A stretch of 64,000 bases of DNA from the IMG/VR virus record IMGVR_UViG_3300021399_000113, positions 1 through 64,000 of that record. The stretch is one strand, 5' to 3'. This document shows positions 49,595 through 59,535 of this stretch, piece after piece. The DNA is from a virus. Lineage: Duplodnaviria; Caudoviricetes. How positions within the stretch are numbered: position 1 is the stretch's first letter; every line of letters starts with the position of its first letter. The notes under the pieces were generated by a model. That model had not been told where the DNA came from. It did no database searches and saw nothing but the letters and a program-made list of their open reading frames with translations. The position numbers were made by a program, and so were the translations under genes.

Positions 49595-50287
49595 ATGAAA
49601 GAGATTATAACTATTACTGGTCTTGATGATGAGAAAGTTGGACTTCTTGACAAGATGTGTGACCGCCTTGATACAAAGAAGAAAAACGCTTTGATGAGAG
49701 AGTGTATTCTGGAATTAAAATCTACTATGGAGCAGAATGATTTAGTATCGTTATCAGCCCCTCAGATTGGTTATAATTGCAGAATTTTCTGTGTTAAACT
49801 TGATGATAGGATTAAAGCATTTATTAACCCTATGATTACTAAGGCAACTGGATTGCAGTTGTCAAGAGAGACATGTTCAAGTATTCCTAATAAGACCTAT
49901 ATTAGAATACGTCATCCTCAGATTGAACTGCACTATGAGAACCCTCTTGGTAGAGTAGAGTGTGCCACCTTTGTGGGTAAATCAGCAATGGTTGTACAGC
50001 ATTGTGTAGACCATCTTGATGGATTACTTCTCCCAGATGTAGGTCTTGAGATTGACGCTGATTTTGACAACGCAACAGATGAGGAACGTGGAGAGGTTAT
50101 TGATGCATATCTTAGTGCTCTTGACCTGAAACGTGCTGAAATTCATAAGGATATTGAATCAGATGCCGAGGCAAAGAAAGTCTCAGATGCTATGAAATTT
50201 ATGACTGCTGTAGAAAATGGAGAAGTAGTTCTTTCGGATGAAACTGTAACTGTAACGAGGGCAGTAGACGATAAGGATGAGGAATGA
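49595..50287 (+). CDS. def: peptide deformylase-like protein, degenerate active site
   Basis: LSAPQIG, FINP, ETCSS, QHCVDHLDG. Confidence 0.8.
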   Translation: MKEIITITGLDDEKVGLLDKMCDRLDTKKKNALMRECILELKSTMEQNDLVSLSAPQIGYNCRIFCVKLDDRIKAFINPMITKATGLQLSRETCSSIPNKTYIRIRHPQIELHYENPLGRVECATFVGKSAMVVQHCVDHLDGLLLPDVGLEIDADFDNATDEERGEVIDAYLSALDLKRAEIHKDIESDAEAKKVSDAMKFMTAVENGEVVLSDETVTVTRAVDDKDEE

Positions 50288-50789
50288 AGTCTATTTAAGA
50301 GGAACAATTTGTGATATTCAGCCATCCCATCTCTTTGATGGGGTGCAATACTACAAAGCGTTCCTTAATGTTGTAAACTCTTCTAATCGTATTCCAATAG
50401 TATTTAAGAGGGATTGTGTAGAAGAGGGGCAAGAGGTTTCTATATATGGCAATATAAGAAGTCATACACATCAAGTTAATAATCGCAAGGTTACTGATGT
50501 GTACGTCTATACAGATTTTGTTATCCAAGAAGATTGCAACAATTTTATTTATCTTGAGGGGAATATTTGTAAGGTTAATTCACCTAAAGTAGATAGTAAA
50601 GGCAATAAATTTCAGACTTTCATTGTTGCTAATAATCAATTCCCTAATAATCGCAAGGTTAACAATTATATCCCATTTATTGTTTACGCTGGCAGTGCGT
50701 GTTATGATGCCTTGGAAGTTGGGGATGTTGTTGGTCTTAGTGGTGAATTGACAACCAAAGGAAACTGGTGCGAGGTTCAATTGGCATGA
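50277..50789 (+). CDS. tandem OB-fold SSB-like protein
   Basis: NEVYLRG and NFIYLEG.I repeats. Confidence 0.65.
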   Translation: MRNEVYLRGTICDIQPSHLFDGVQYYKAFLNVVNSSNRIPIVFKRDCVEEGQEVSIYGNIRSHTHQVNNRKVTDVYVYTDFVIQEDCNNFIYLEGNICKVNSPKVDSKGNKFQTFIVANNQFPNNRKVNNYIPFIVYAGSACYDALEVGDVVGLSGELTTKGNWCEVQLA

Positions 50790-51139
50790 ATTTTCCATAT
50801 TTAATACAAACAACTGCGACAGCAGATATTGAAATTGAAAATATAGGTAATGTCTGTTTATGCGCCAATAATGACGTTGCAGAAGAATGGTATTTATATA
50901 TTCACACAGTTCTTGGCAGAACAACAATTATTGAGTTCGGACCTGTTGAGTCAGATATAGATGAACTTCCAGATTTTGTTAGTTTTACCTATAGCAAAAT
51001 TGATTTTAATGAGAAAAAACTTGATGGGATTATTGATAAATTTTTAAATAATCCCAAACGAGTTATAACCCAAGTAACAGAGATTGACGCAGAAACCTTT
51101 AAGAGCAGAATCAAAGATATTAAAAGGTATATCGTATGA
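50786..51139 (+). CDS. hypothetical protein
   Basis: ATGA overlap, GAGG RBS. Confidence 0.7.
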   Translation: MNFPYLIQTTATADIEIENIGNVCLCANNDVAEEWYLYIHTVLGRTTIIEFGPVESDIDELPDFVSFTYSKIDFNEKKLDGIIDKFLNNPKRVITQVTEIDAETFKSRIKDIKRYIV

Positions 51140-51360
51140 GTGAAGTAAAAGTAATGAATTTTAAGCGACAAGTTATTGGCTATATTGATACCAGACCAGA
51201 TGGCACAAAAATAGCCAAAGACTTCTATCGCAGAAAACTTGGTGAGTATTCACCACGTTCAGATGTAACAAAGGACTTTTATGGTCACATTGTGGCACAT
51301 GGTGACCAAACTGCTATGCTAATCAATATGCAGTATGCAGAAACCCACAAGACAAACTAA
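51136..51360 (+). CDS. hypothetical protein
   Basis: ATGA overlap; repeated KDFY. Confidence 0.7.
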   Translation: MSEVKVMNFKRQVIGYIDTRPDGTKIAKDFYRRKLGEYSPRSDVTKDFYGHIVAHGDQTAMLINMQYAETHKTN

Positions 51361-51372
51361 CTTGGAGCGTAT

Positions 51373-52206
51373 ATGAATTATTTACTATACAACAAAGATT
51401 GCTTTGATGCTATGGCTGATATGGTAGCTAATGATACAAAGGCAGATATTATCCTTACATCACCTCCCTACAATACTGGTAGACCTTCTACATCTGAAAA
51501 GTCAAGAAATAACCATGAGGGTCGCTATGATATGCATCTTGACACAATGACCCAAGAAGAATACATTAAGTGGAGTGTTGATTTATTTAAATCCTTCGAT
51601 ACTGTATTGCAAAAAGATGGAGTAATACTATATAACATTTCGTATGGTTCAGATGGCACAGTCAACAGTAGTAGTGTTGGATTACTTTGGTTGGTAATTG
51701 CTGATATTATTCGAAACACTGACTTTACAGTTGCAGATAGAATTGTTTGGAAAAAGAAATGTGCCCTTCCTAATAATGTCAGTAAAAATAAACTAACGAG
51801 AATCTGTGAGGATGTTTTTGTTTTTGTTCGCAAAGATGAGTATTCAACATTTAATTGCAACAAAACCATTAGTGGCACAAGTGAAACTGGACAAACCTTT
51901 TATAATAATATAAATAATTTTATCGAAGCTAAGAATAATGATGGTTCATGTGATTTAAATAAGGCTACATTCTCAAGTGAGTTGGTACAAAAATTATTAT
52001 ATATATATGCACAGCGTGGGATGTTGGTTTATGACCCTTTTAATGGGACTGGTACAACAGCCGTTGGATGTTATTTATATGGCTGTGACTGTATTGGCAG
52101 TGAACTTAGCACAGCACAATGCAACTATTCGGTTGATAGATTGTCAGAAATTTCCAGCGGGATGAATGGACTGCTTTATGGAAATGTAACAACAATTGTA
52201 AAGTGA
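51373..52206 (+). CDS. DNA methyltransferase, beta class (probably N4-cytosine)
   Basis: TSPPY then DPF.GTGTT. Confidence 0.88.
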   Translation: MNYLLYNKDCFDAMADMVANDTKADIILTSPPYNTGRPSTSEKSRNNHEGRYDMHLDTMTQEEYIKWSVDLFKSFDTVLQKDGVILYNISYGSDGTVNSSSVGLLWLVIADIIRNTDFTVADRIVWKKKCALPNNVSKNKLTRICEDVFVFVRKDEYSTFNCNKTISGTSETGQTFYNNINNFIEAKNNDGSCDLNKATFSSELVQKLLYIYAQRGMLVYDPFNGTGTTAVGCYLYGCDCIGSELSTAQCNYSVDRLSEISSGMNGLLYGNVTTIVK

Positions 52207-52247
52207 ATTGTATAGTTAGATACTACATATTGAAGGAGATTGTCTTA

Positions 52248-52469
52248 ATGACACAAACAGTAGATTTTTATACCACTGGTTGCCCTAAATGTAAAGTGTT
52301 AGAGGCTAAACTTACTGCAAAAGGGCTACCTTACAACATAATATCAGATGAGGAACTTGTGATAAAAAGAGGGGAAGAGTTAGGTGTCTCTTCAGCCCCA
52401 TTCCTCGTAGTTAATGGGAAACTTTTAGATTTTAATAATGCAATAAAATGGATTAATGAGGGGAAGTAA
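52248..52469 (+). CDS. nrdH: glutaredoxin-like NrdH
   Basis: CPKC, SAP; AAGGAG RBS before ATG 52248. Confidence 0.85.
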   Translation: MTQTVDFYTTGCPKCKVLEAKLTAKGLPYNIISDEELVIKRGEELGVSSAPFLVVNGKLLDFNNAIKWINEGK

Positions 52470-53175
52470 ATGAAAGTTCTGATTGGTAACGTTGCTGTTG
52501 ACAGCAGATTTGAGAAGAAGTATAGAGAATTATTAACTAAATATGGTGAGAACATCTGTCGATTAAACGGAGTATCAGCGGAACAATTAAACTCAGACAA
52601 TTTTTTAGTTAGTGTTGGAGATTGTGACACCATTGCAGATATATCTATTGATGGGTCAGCAAATGTAACAAATAAAGATATTACTACTATTCTTGGGGAA
52701 ATGCATAAATCCGAGAATAAGCTGACTTGCCTTAATAAGATATATACAGAGATTATTAAATTATCAAATAAGGCAGTAGCAGATAAATGGCTTGAGTCAG
52801 AGTGGGTGGGATATTTATATCTTCACGATGGGAACACTTCTTCCTACGTCCCATATTGTTATGCTCACGATTTAAAGGAGCTTGCAGAACACGGCTTATT
52901 TTTTGTAAATAATGTTACTGCTGTTCCTCCTAAACATTTAGGAACATTTGTAGATTTTGTTAAAGAATATATTAATTTTGTAAGTAATCGACAATCTGGA
53001 GCAGTCGGATTGCCCAACTTAATTCCATATATGTATTACTTCTGGAAGAAAGATGTTGATAATCAGTATATGGGGCTTACAGAAAAGTATCATGAGGCAT
53101 TTGCTAAACAGCATATTCAGAGGTTTATATTTGCTGTAAATCAGCCTTATGTAAGAAATGGAATACAATCAGCAT
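52470..53175 (+). CDS. nrdD: anaerobic ribonucleotide reductase, exon 1
   Basis: YLHD, PYC, PPKH, QSGA. Confidence 0.9.
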
Positions 53176-53569
53176 TGAAGTAAGTGCCTTTGTGGGGTGA
53201 CCCACATCGAAAACCATGTGAATTGCTGAAATGAACTTTAGTTTATTATGAAAAAAATTCATAATAAACATATAAAGTCAATTAGCAACCAAGTTAATTA
53301 CTAAATGTAATTAAAAGGTTCAGAGACTATCGAAAACTAAATATCCCCGTTTCAAGAAATTGATAAATGTTTTATAACAGGGGGATTGAATATAAGGTGT
53401 GTACGCACACGAAGCGAGTAGAGTAGAGGTCAAGTGACCTCGAAGTGCATGGGTTCTTAATTATATGGTAACAGTATATTAAGAATGTGATATAGTCCAC
53501 TCTCTATGGTGACATAGAGAAGTTCAAAAGAGAACTGCATAACTGTAACGAAGTTATGTGAATATTTGG
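53176..53569 (+). mobile_element. group I intron without ORF (394 nt) in nrdD
   Basis: P1 GCAT/GTGC with U-G; P10 TTAC/GTAA; GGTTCAGAGACTA and GATATAGTCC core; terminal G; restores QSAF-TN. Confidence 0.92.
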
Positions 53570-54786
53570 TTACAAACACAAGTATATTTGACCATGAGTA
53601 TTTAATGGCACTCTTTGGTGGAGCAACATTCCCAGATGGCTCATTTATGGTTGATGAGATTGAAGGAATTATGACATTTCAGAAGTGGTTCATGGAAGAG
53701 ATGTCAGAAATAAAAAAGACAAATATGTTCACATTCCCAGTCAACAGTATTTCAATGCTTAAGACAAAAAAAGGTGAACTTGTAGATGAAGAGTTCTGTA
53801 AGTGGGCTATTGAGCATAATATGAAATGGTCAGACAGTAATCTTTTTGTTGATACATCTGTTAATTCATTGTCTAACTGTTGTCGCCTTAAATCAGATAT
53901 TAACAATCTTGGTTTCTTCTCATCTATTGGTGGTACAGCATTGTCAGTCGGAAGTGTTAAGGTGTCCACGATTAATCTTGCTCGTATTGCTTATGAAAGT
54001 AGTTCTGAGGAAGAGTATTTAGAGAAGTTAACAGAAATTACAAAGATTAACTGTGAAGCACTTAATGCAGTACGTCATGTAATTCAGCGTAATGTTGAAA
54101 AGGGATGGCTTAAAAACTTTACATATAAACTTATGGACTTCAAACATCTTTATAACACTATTGGTATTATAGGTGTTTACGAAACATTTAAATCATTTGG
54201 ATATGTAACATTTGATGAACTTGGAGATTGTTACTACACAAAGCAAGCTGAGGACTTTGGCAAGCGCATTTTTGAAACAATCAATAAGGTCAAAGATGAA
54301 TATGCAAAAGATAAAGACTATATAATCAATATTGAGCAAATTCCAGCAGAAAGTGCATCTGCTAAGTTGATGAAGAAAGATGAATATTTCTGCAATAATG
54401 TAGTAAATGATTTACCGCTTTATGGTAATCAGTTTGTACCTTTGGGAGTTAAAGCTACGTTAGCAGAAAGAACAAGAGTTGCATCATTGTTTGATAGCTA
54501 CTGTAATGGTGGTTCAATTCTTCATATCAACATTGATTCACCTTTCACCAATTTTGACCAAGCATGGAAGATGTTTAAGTATGTTGTAGCGCAGAATGTA
54601 ACTTACTTTGCGTTTAATACCAAGATAAACGTTTGTAAGAATAGACACTCATTCTATGAGAGTAAGTGTCCAGAGTGTGGTGGTAAGGTTACAGATACCT
54701 ACACGAGAATTGTAGGGTTCTATGTTCCAGTATCTTCATTTAGTGCAGAAAGAAAAGCAGAATATAAATTAAGACAGTGGGCTTAA
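53570..54786 (+). CDS. nrdD: anaerobic ribonucleotide reductase, exon 2
   Basis: TFP, NCCRL, PAE, C..H/CPEC zinc site, RIVGF glycyl radical motif. Confidence 0.92.
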
Positions 54787-54790
54787 TATT

Positions 54791-54824
54791 TAAGAGTGGT
54801 TATGAAAATGACCACTCTTATTTT
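54791..54824 (+). terminator. rho-independent terminator
   Basis: TAAGAGTGGT/ACCACTCTTA + T run. Confidence 0.85.
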
Positions 54825-54833
54825 AATGAACTA

Positions 54834-54862
54834 TTGACAATTTTATTTTTCTGTGTTATAAT
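54834..54862 (+). promoter_or_regulatory. sigmaA-type promoter
   Basis: TTGACA-N17-TATAAT. Confidence 0.85.
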
Positions 54863-54889
54863 GTCCTTACAAACTACGGAGGTAGAGAG

Positions 54890-55072
54890 ATGAGAAGACT
54901 TACTGGACTGTTTACAAATTATGAATATGGCTATTTCAATGAGACAGAAGCTGATAAGGATTACTACAAGAGACTCTACAAGAATTACGGACGCAAGAAC
55001 ATTAAGGTTAAGAGAGTAGCAAGCGATACCAAGGGACTTAAGATGTACGAAGTTACTTATGATATTGTGTGA
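54890..55072 (+). CDS. hypothetical protein
   Basis: GGAGG RBS. Confidence 0.7.
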   Translation: MRRLTGLFTNYEYGYFNETEADKDYYKRLYKNYGRKNIKVKRVASDTKGLKMYEVTYDIV

Positions 55073-55082
55073 GGTGTATATT

Positions 55083-55313
55083 ATGAAGATTGTAGAAAAG
55101 AGTTTAACAGTAACTGTAAAAGTGGAGAGTATCGCCTATGGAGATGTCTTTCGCTACAGCGATGGCTGTTATATGAGAATTGCTGACGAAACATATGATG
55201 AAACAGAAGAGGAAAAGTGCCCTGTGGTGGATTTATCTACTGGGGATGTTTATCATTTTCCGTTTGATAAGAGTGTTACTCCTGTCGATAAAGCAAAACT
55301 CGTAATCGGTTAG
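55083..55313 (+). CDS. hypothetical protein
   Basis: GAGGTG RBS. Confidence 0.7.
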   Translation: MKIVEKSLTVTVKVESIAYGDVFRYSDGCYMRIADETYDETEEEKCPVVDLSTGDVYHFPFDKSVTPVDKAKLVIG

Positions 55314-55317
55314 AAAT

Positions 55318-55584
55318 ATGAATAAGAGACAATGGAAAAAACGTAAAATAAATACATATAAGTGTTGCAAATGTGGGAGGGTCGTAGGATTCCTCCCTAA
55401 GTCTCTATGGAATATTGGATTTCAGCACCCATTCTGCGTCTGCCCAAATTGTAGACCCTTTGTAGATTTTGCGTATCATCCAGTGGTACTAATAAATCCA
55501 CCCATAATAGATTATACACAGTCTCCATTAAGGTTTACAAGAGGTTCATTTAATCCATTAGTAGTATTGAAATACGTCCCTTAA
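55318..55584 (+). CDS. Cys-rich hypothetical protein
   Basis: CxxC pairs. Confidence 0.55.
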   Translation: MNKRQWKKRKINTYKCCKCGRVVGFLPKSLWNIGFQHPFCVCPNCRPFVDFAYHPVVLINPPIIDYTQSPLRFTRGSFNPLVVLKYVP

Positions 55585-55593
55585 CATTAAATG

Positions 55594-55622
55594 TTGACAT
55601 ATCTCCAATTATGTGGTATTAT
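55594..55622 (+). promoter_or_regulatory. sigmaA-type promoter
   Basis: TTGACA-N17-TATTAT. Confidence 0.8.
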
Positions 55623-55647
55623 AGTATCAGAAAGAGAGGTACTGAAT

Positions 55648-55905
55648 ATGAATATTACAGAGAACACAAAAGTTTGGGAAATTGAATCACAGAGTGTAAA
55701 CCATTTTGACCTTGATGCAAGGTTTGACAGTCGTAAGTCTTTCTATGGCAAGGCAAAGGTTTACGTAATGAAAGATGGAACACAGGTTCTGGTTTCTTAT
55801 TCAACCATTGTTTCCATCTATAAGGATGGTAAGGTAACACATTTTGGAAAGTGGTCACAGACCACGACACGACATCAGAGAGAGTTTGAAAGGCAGTACG
55901 CATGA
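55648..55905 (+). CDS. hypothetical protein
   Basis: GAGAGGT RBS; KSFYGKA...SY.T...SQTT.RH..EF. Confidence 0.75.
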   Translation: MNITENTKVWEIESQSVNHFDLDARFDSRKSFYGKAKVYVMKDGTQVLVSYSTIVSIYKDGKVTHFGKWSQTTTRHQREFERQYA

Positions 55906-55906
55906 C

Positions 55907-56365
55907 ATGAAATTAACACACATATCTGACTATGATATAGTCAATTATAAAAAAATATCAATGTTCTTGTCCACATATAAATGCAACATGAAATGTGGGC
56001 AAGAATGTCAAAACAAAGAACTGTTGGAATATGCTGTTAAAGATATTCCCAACAGTCTTATTGTTAAATCTTTTGTGGCAAACCCACTAACAGAGGCAGT
56101 GGTTATTGGTGGGTTAGAGCCACTTGATGATAAAGAGGATGTTTTTGAATTTATTAAGGATTTTAGAAAGTATTGTGATAATGATATTGTTATCTATACA
56201 GGCTATACAGAAGAGGAAGTATCTGCTACTGTATTAGCCTTGAAGTGCTTTAAAAATATTATTATTAAATTTGGAAGATACATCCCAAGAACAAACAAGA
56301 GATTTGATGAAGTGCTGGGGGTAACTCTCGCCAGCAAAAATCAGTACGCAGTGAGGATAAGTTAA
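55907..56365 (+). CDS. nrdG: anaerobic RNR activase
   Basis: Three-Cys radical SAM motif, GGLEP, IYTGY, LAS.NQ. Confidence 0.85.
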   Translation: MKLTHISDYDIVNYKKISMFLSTYKCNMKCGQECQNKELLEYAVKDIPNSLIVKSFVANPLTEAVVIGGLEPLDDKEDVFEFIKDFRKYCDNDIVIYTGYTEEEVSATVLALKCFKNIIIKFGRYIPRTNKRFDEVLGVTLASKNQYAVRIS

Positions 56366-56641
56366 ATGACAGACAAAGAGAAAGCAATTATGCACTTAAA
56401 GACTATCCTAAAGCATAAAAAGGAAGTTGCTAAGTGTTGTTTTAAGATGGGTATTCCGTGGCAAGGAGTAACCCATGATTTATCTAAATTCACTCCAAGT
56501 GAGTTTGGAATTTATAAGTATTATGATGGGTCAAGAAGCCCTCATGAAGTAGCCAGAGAAGTATTAGGGTACAGCCCTTATTGGATGTTTCATAGAAATC
56601 GCAACAAACATCATTGGGAATTTTGGTTATCTAAGGGGTGA
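56366..56641 (+). CDS. DUF5662/HD-like protein, N-terminal part
   Basis: HK..V, HDLSKF.P.EF, NKHHWEFW. Confidence 0.75.
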   Translation: MTDKEKAIMHLKTILKHKKEVAKCCFKMGIPWQGVTHDLSKFTPSEFGIYKYYDGSRSPHEVAREVLGYSPYWMFHRNRNKHHWEFWLSKG

Positions 56642-56670
56642 TTTAAATATCTATAAATAGAAGTGAGTTA

Positions 56671-57423
56671 TTGCATTTAGGAATCTTCATTGATAATGAA
56701 GCCTTTAATGCTTATTGTGATATTATTGATAAAAATCGTGATAATGGGGTTTTCATAAAAGACACAGAGAAGCATCATATAGTTCCACGAGCCTACTACA
56801 AACTCAATCAATTACCAATTGATAATTCAGTAGATAATCTTGTAGTATTATCTCATTTTGACCATTGTTTATGTCACTATTATCTGTGTGATTGTCTTGT
56901 GGGCACACTAAAATATAAGAATATACATGCTTTTATGCGAATGGTAAAAATACATAGCAGATTTGAGTTAAATTTTGATGAATTTTTATCGCTTGCTCCA
57001 AAGTTCAATGATATTTATAAACAATTCATTGAGAATCAGTCAAAATTAAATGCTACATCGGCAGAAAAGCGTGGTGGCGGCCCGACTAAAGGTAGGCACT
57101 CTTATACAAATGGAATCACTAATGTGTTTACTACATCTTGTCCAGAAGGTTATTGGGCTGGAAGAACTGTTAAAAAGTTTTCAGATACAACCAGAAAGAA
57201 GATGTCCATAAGTGCAAAAAGACGTTCAACTGCGGGGTATAAATCAAAGATGAAAGAACGACTCACTGAGTATTATGCAAATCATTCTGGAAGTGCAACT
57301 GGCAAGATTTGGATAACTGATGGTAAGGTATCCAAGTACATGCAAAAAGATGCTGAAATCCCAAACGGATGGAGAAAAGGAAGGACGATTAAAAGGAAAT
57401 GTGGTATAGAGGAAGAAAAATAA
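56671..57423 (+). CDS. HNH homing endonuclease with NUMOD-like repeats
   Basis: EKHHIVPR...NLV.L...H...H; W.TNG...P.G.W..GR repeats. Confidence 0.85.
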   Translation: MHLGIFIDNEAFNAYCDIIDKNRDNGVFIKDTEKHHIVPRAYYKLNQLPIDNSVDNLVVLSHFDHCLCHYYLCDCLVGTLKYKNIHAFMRMVKIHSRFELNFDEFLSLAPKFNDIYKQFIENQSKLNATSAEKRGGGPTKGRHSYTNGITNVFTTSCPEGYWAGRTVKKFSDTTRKKMSISAKRRSTAGYKSKMKERLTEYYANHSGSATGKIWITDGKVSKYMQKDAEIPNGWRKGRTIKRKCGIEEEK

Positions 57424-57431
57424 ATAAGCAC

Positions 57432-57755
57432 ATGGTGGAGTACTGGATGGATAATGAGAAAAAGGACGATTGGACACCTATTAAGATACCCTATAAGTAT
57501 GTTATAGAGATGTTCTGCGATTTTGTGGGGGCTGGAAAGGCATATCAGAAAACTAAGTGGACACTTGCAAGCGCATGGGAATATCACTCAAGATGTAAAG
57601 CAAACAGACTTTTTGAAGCACACACTTTATATCTTATCGAAAAATTACTTTGGAACTTAAAAGAAGCAAGTTCTGAAGAGGCTTTTTATGCTTGGTACAA
57701 GCAGGCAAAACACTATCTGAAGAACTGCTATGAAGATAATATATTAGATTATTAA
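57432..57755 (+). CDS. DUF5662/HD-like protein, C-terminal part
   Basis: EYW...IP.KYV.EM.CD..GA..AY continues the family pattern. Confidence 0.7.
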   Translation: MVEYWMDNEKKDDWTPIKIPYKYVIEMFCDFVGAGKAYQKTKWTLASAWEYHSRCKANRLFEAHTLYLIEKLLWNLKEASSEEAFYAWYKQAKHYLKNCYEDNILDY

Positions 57756-57767
57756 AAGGAGAGAATT

Positions 57768-58643
57768 ATGTCGCATTTTACGGTCGGAGTTATCACGAAG
57801 GGAAGACCATCAGAAGAAGCACTTGAAGAGCTTTTAAGTCCCTATAGTGAAAATTTAGAAGTAGAGCCTTATGTCGATAAGACTAAACAACAGATTATTG
57901 ATGAAGCTATTGATGACTATAAAGCATTGGAGGCTTATAGGGCTGGTCAGACAGAGGATAAACCTTGGTTTATCGGAGAAGACAAGGAAGTAATGACGTC
58001 CAGTAAGGAAAGAATTGCATTAGGTCGTAAGGCTTCAATGAGGGTTGATATATCTGATGAGGACATGATTGGGTATCTCAGAGCGAATGGATATGAAAAA
58101 TATGAGATTGATTCACATGGCAACTTATTAACCACTTATAATCCTAAGTCTAAATGGGATTGGTGGGTAATTGGTGGCAGATGGAATCGTGAGATTCCAC
58201 TTAAGGATGACATTGAGGATGAAGACTTGAATGTTTCTTGTGGAAATATGACTCCAATCTCAAATATTGATACTCATAAATATGACAGTTATAGAACACC
58301 TGAATATTATTCTCGTTTCTGGGATATAAACGTAGAGGGTATGCCTTTGGCTGAAGACGAGGATAAAGAAGATTTCTTTACGATGTACAATAAAGAATAT
58401 TATCGTAAGACTTATGGTGATAAAGAGGCATATATTAGATGTATGAATACATTTTATATGTACTCGATGCTTACCCCAGATGGGGAGTGGCATGAACTCG
58501 GTAAAATGGGTTGGTTTGGTTGTTCTGATGAGGAAGATGGGGCGAGAGTTAAGTGGATTGACAATTTTGAAAAGGATTTCATTACCCCTTATGCCAAAGA
58601 GGAAGATGATTACTGGCTTACAGTTGTAGATTGTCACATTTAA
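57768..58643 (+). CDS. conserved phage hypothetical protein
   Basis: MSHF.V, YNP.SKWDWW.IGGRW, TPDGEW, VDCHI. Confidence 0.85.
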   Translation: MSHFTVGVITKGRPSEEALEELLSPYSENLEVEPYVDKTKQQIIDEAIDDYKALEAYRAGQTEDKPWFIGEDKEVMTSSKERIALGRKASMRVDISDEDMIGYLRANGYEKYEIDSHGNLLTTYNPKSKWDWWVIGGRWNREIPLKDDIEDEDLNVSCGNMTPISNIDTHKYDSYRTPEYYSRFWDINVEGMPLAEDEDKEDFFTMYNKEYYRKTYGDKEAYIRCMNTFYMYSMLTPDGEWHELGKMGWFGCSDEEDGARVKWIDNFEKDFITPYAKEEDDYWLTVVDCHI

Positions 58644-58652
58644 AAATTATAT

Positions 58653-58689
58653 AATATCCGCAGTAATTTCAATTTACTGCGGATATTTT
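58653..58689 (+). terminator. terminator hairpin
   Basis: 14-bp stem AATATCCGCAGTAA/TTACTGCGGATATT. Confidence 0.8.
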
Positions 58690-58706
58690 GAAATGGAGGG
58701 AAATTT

Positions 58707-58979
58707 ATGATAAATCCCAATACCAAATTTTATAAGATTTTGACAAAAGGTGGACACTTTGGGAAAGACTACAGAGAGCTACTTTTTTATGTGTGTGGTA
58801 GAGATATATTTGAGGCTATGAACAGAGCTAAGAATATGGCTGGGGTTAAACACGATGCCACTGATTGTATTATTAAATGTACTGAGATAAGCAGAGAAGA
58901 ATATATAGCACAAAAAGTTAGTGGAAGAAGTGCTTACGACACATACAGACAATATGATGAAAGGGAGATTACTGAGTAA
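58707..58979 (+). CDS. hypothetical protein
   Basis: GGAGG RBS. Confidence 0.7.
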   Translation: MINPNTKFYKILTKGGHFGKDYRELLFYVCGRDIFEAMNRAKNMAGVKHDATDCIIKCTEISREEYIAQKVSGRSAYDTYRQYDEREITE

Positions 58980-58981
58980 TT

Positions 58982-59353
58982 ATGATTACCAAAGAATGTT
59001 TTTGTGCAATTCTAAAATCCATTAAAAGTTTATCTGATAGAGAAGAACAATTAATATCTCTTAACTTACTTCCGATAGAGAATGGATGGGGAGATGATAT
59101 TGGTGCGCTCATTACAGCTCTTGGGAAAGAAACAGAGCCAAATCTTGCAGAAGATGTACGCAAGATTTGTGGTTACCTCGTAGATGGATTTATTTTTGAT
59201 TGGGATTGGGGCACTAAATACGCAGAAGATGATTATCTGATAAAAGTAGATGATGTAAAATATACCCCAAAAACGTTTGAAGAATTGTATGATGTAATTA
59301 TGATTGCCAGTAATACAGAGACAACAGATGGAAGAGACAACAACATATCGTGA
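58982..59353 (+). CDS. hypothetical protein
   Basis: Coupled ORF. Confidence 0.7.
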   Translation: MITKECFCAILKSIKSLSDREEQLISLNLLPIENGWGDDIGALITALGKETEPNLAEDVRKICGYLVDGFIFDWDWGTKYAEDDYLIKVDDVKYTPKTFEELYDVIMIASNTETTDGRDNNIS

Positions 59354-59531
59354 CATTATTAATAGTTTATCCAATGAAGATTTAGCAGATATTATAGTTA
59401 ATGGGGATATTATACACATGGCTTGCCTTGATTATTCTTGCACCCCCGATGAAGAAGATACTTGTGAAGGTTGTGTATTGAGATTACTTGAAAGACAAGT
59501 AGATGATGACAATCCACTTATAGTTAGGTGA
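59328..59531 (+). CDS. hypothetical protein
   Basis: Cys-containing small ORF. Confidence 0.55.
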   Translation: MEETTTYRDIINSLSNEDLADIIVNGDIIHMACLDYSCTPDEEDTCEGCVLRLLERQVDDDNPLIVR

Positions 59532-59535
59532 GGGA

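Noticed and set aside
56627-57431. Group I intron or ribosomal bypass around the HNH gene
   Set aside because: No P7 GACTA/TAGTC core or room for one outside the ORF; a gap of about 800 nt is far longer than known bypass gaps.
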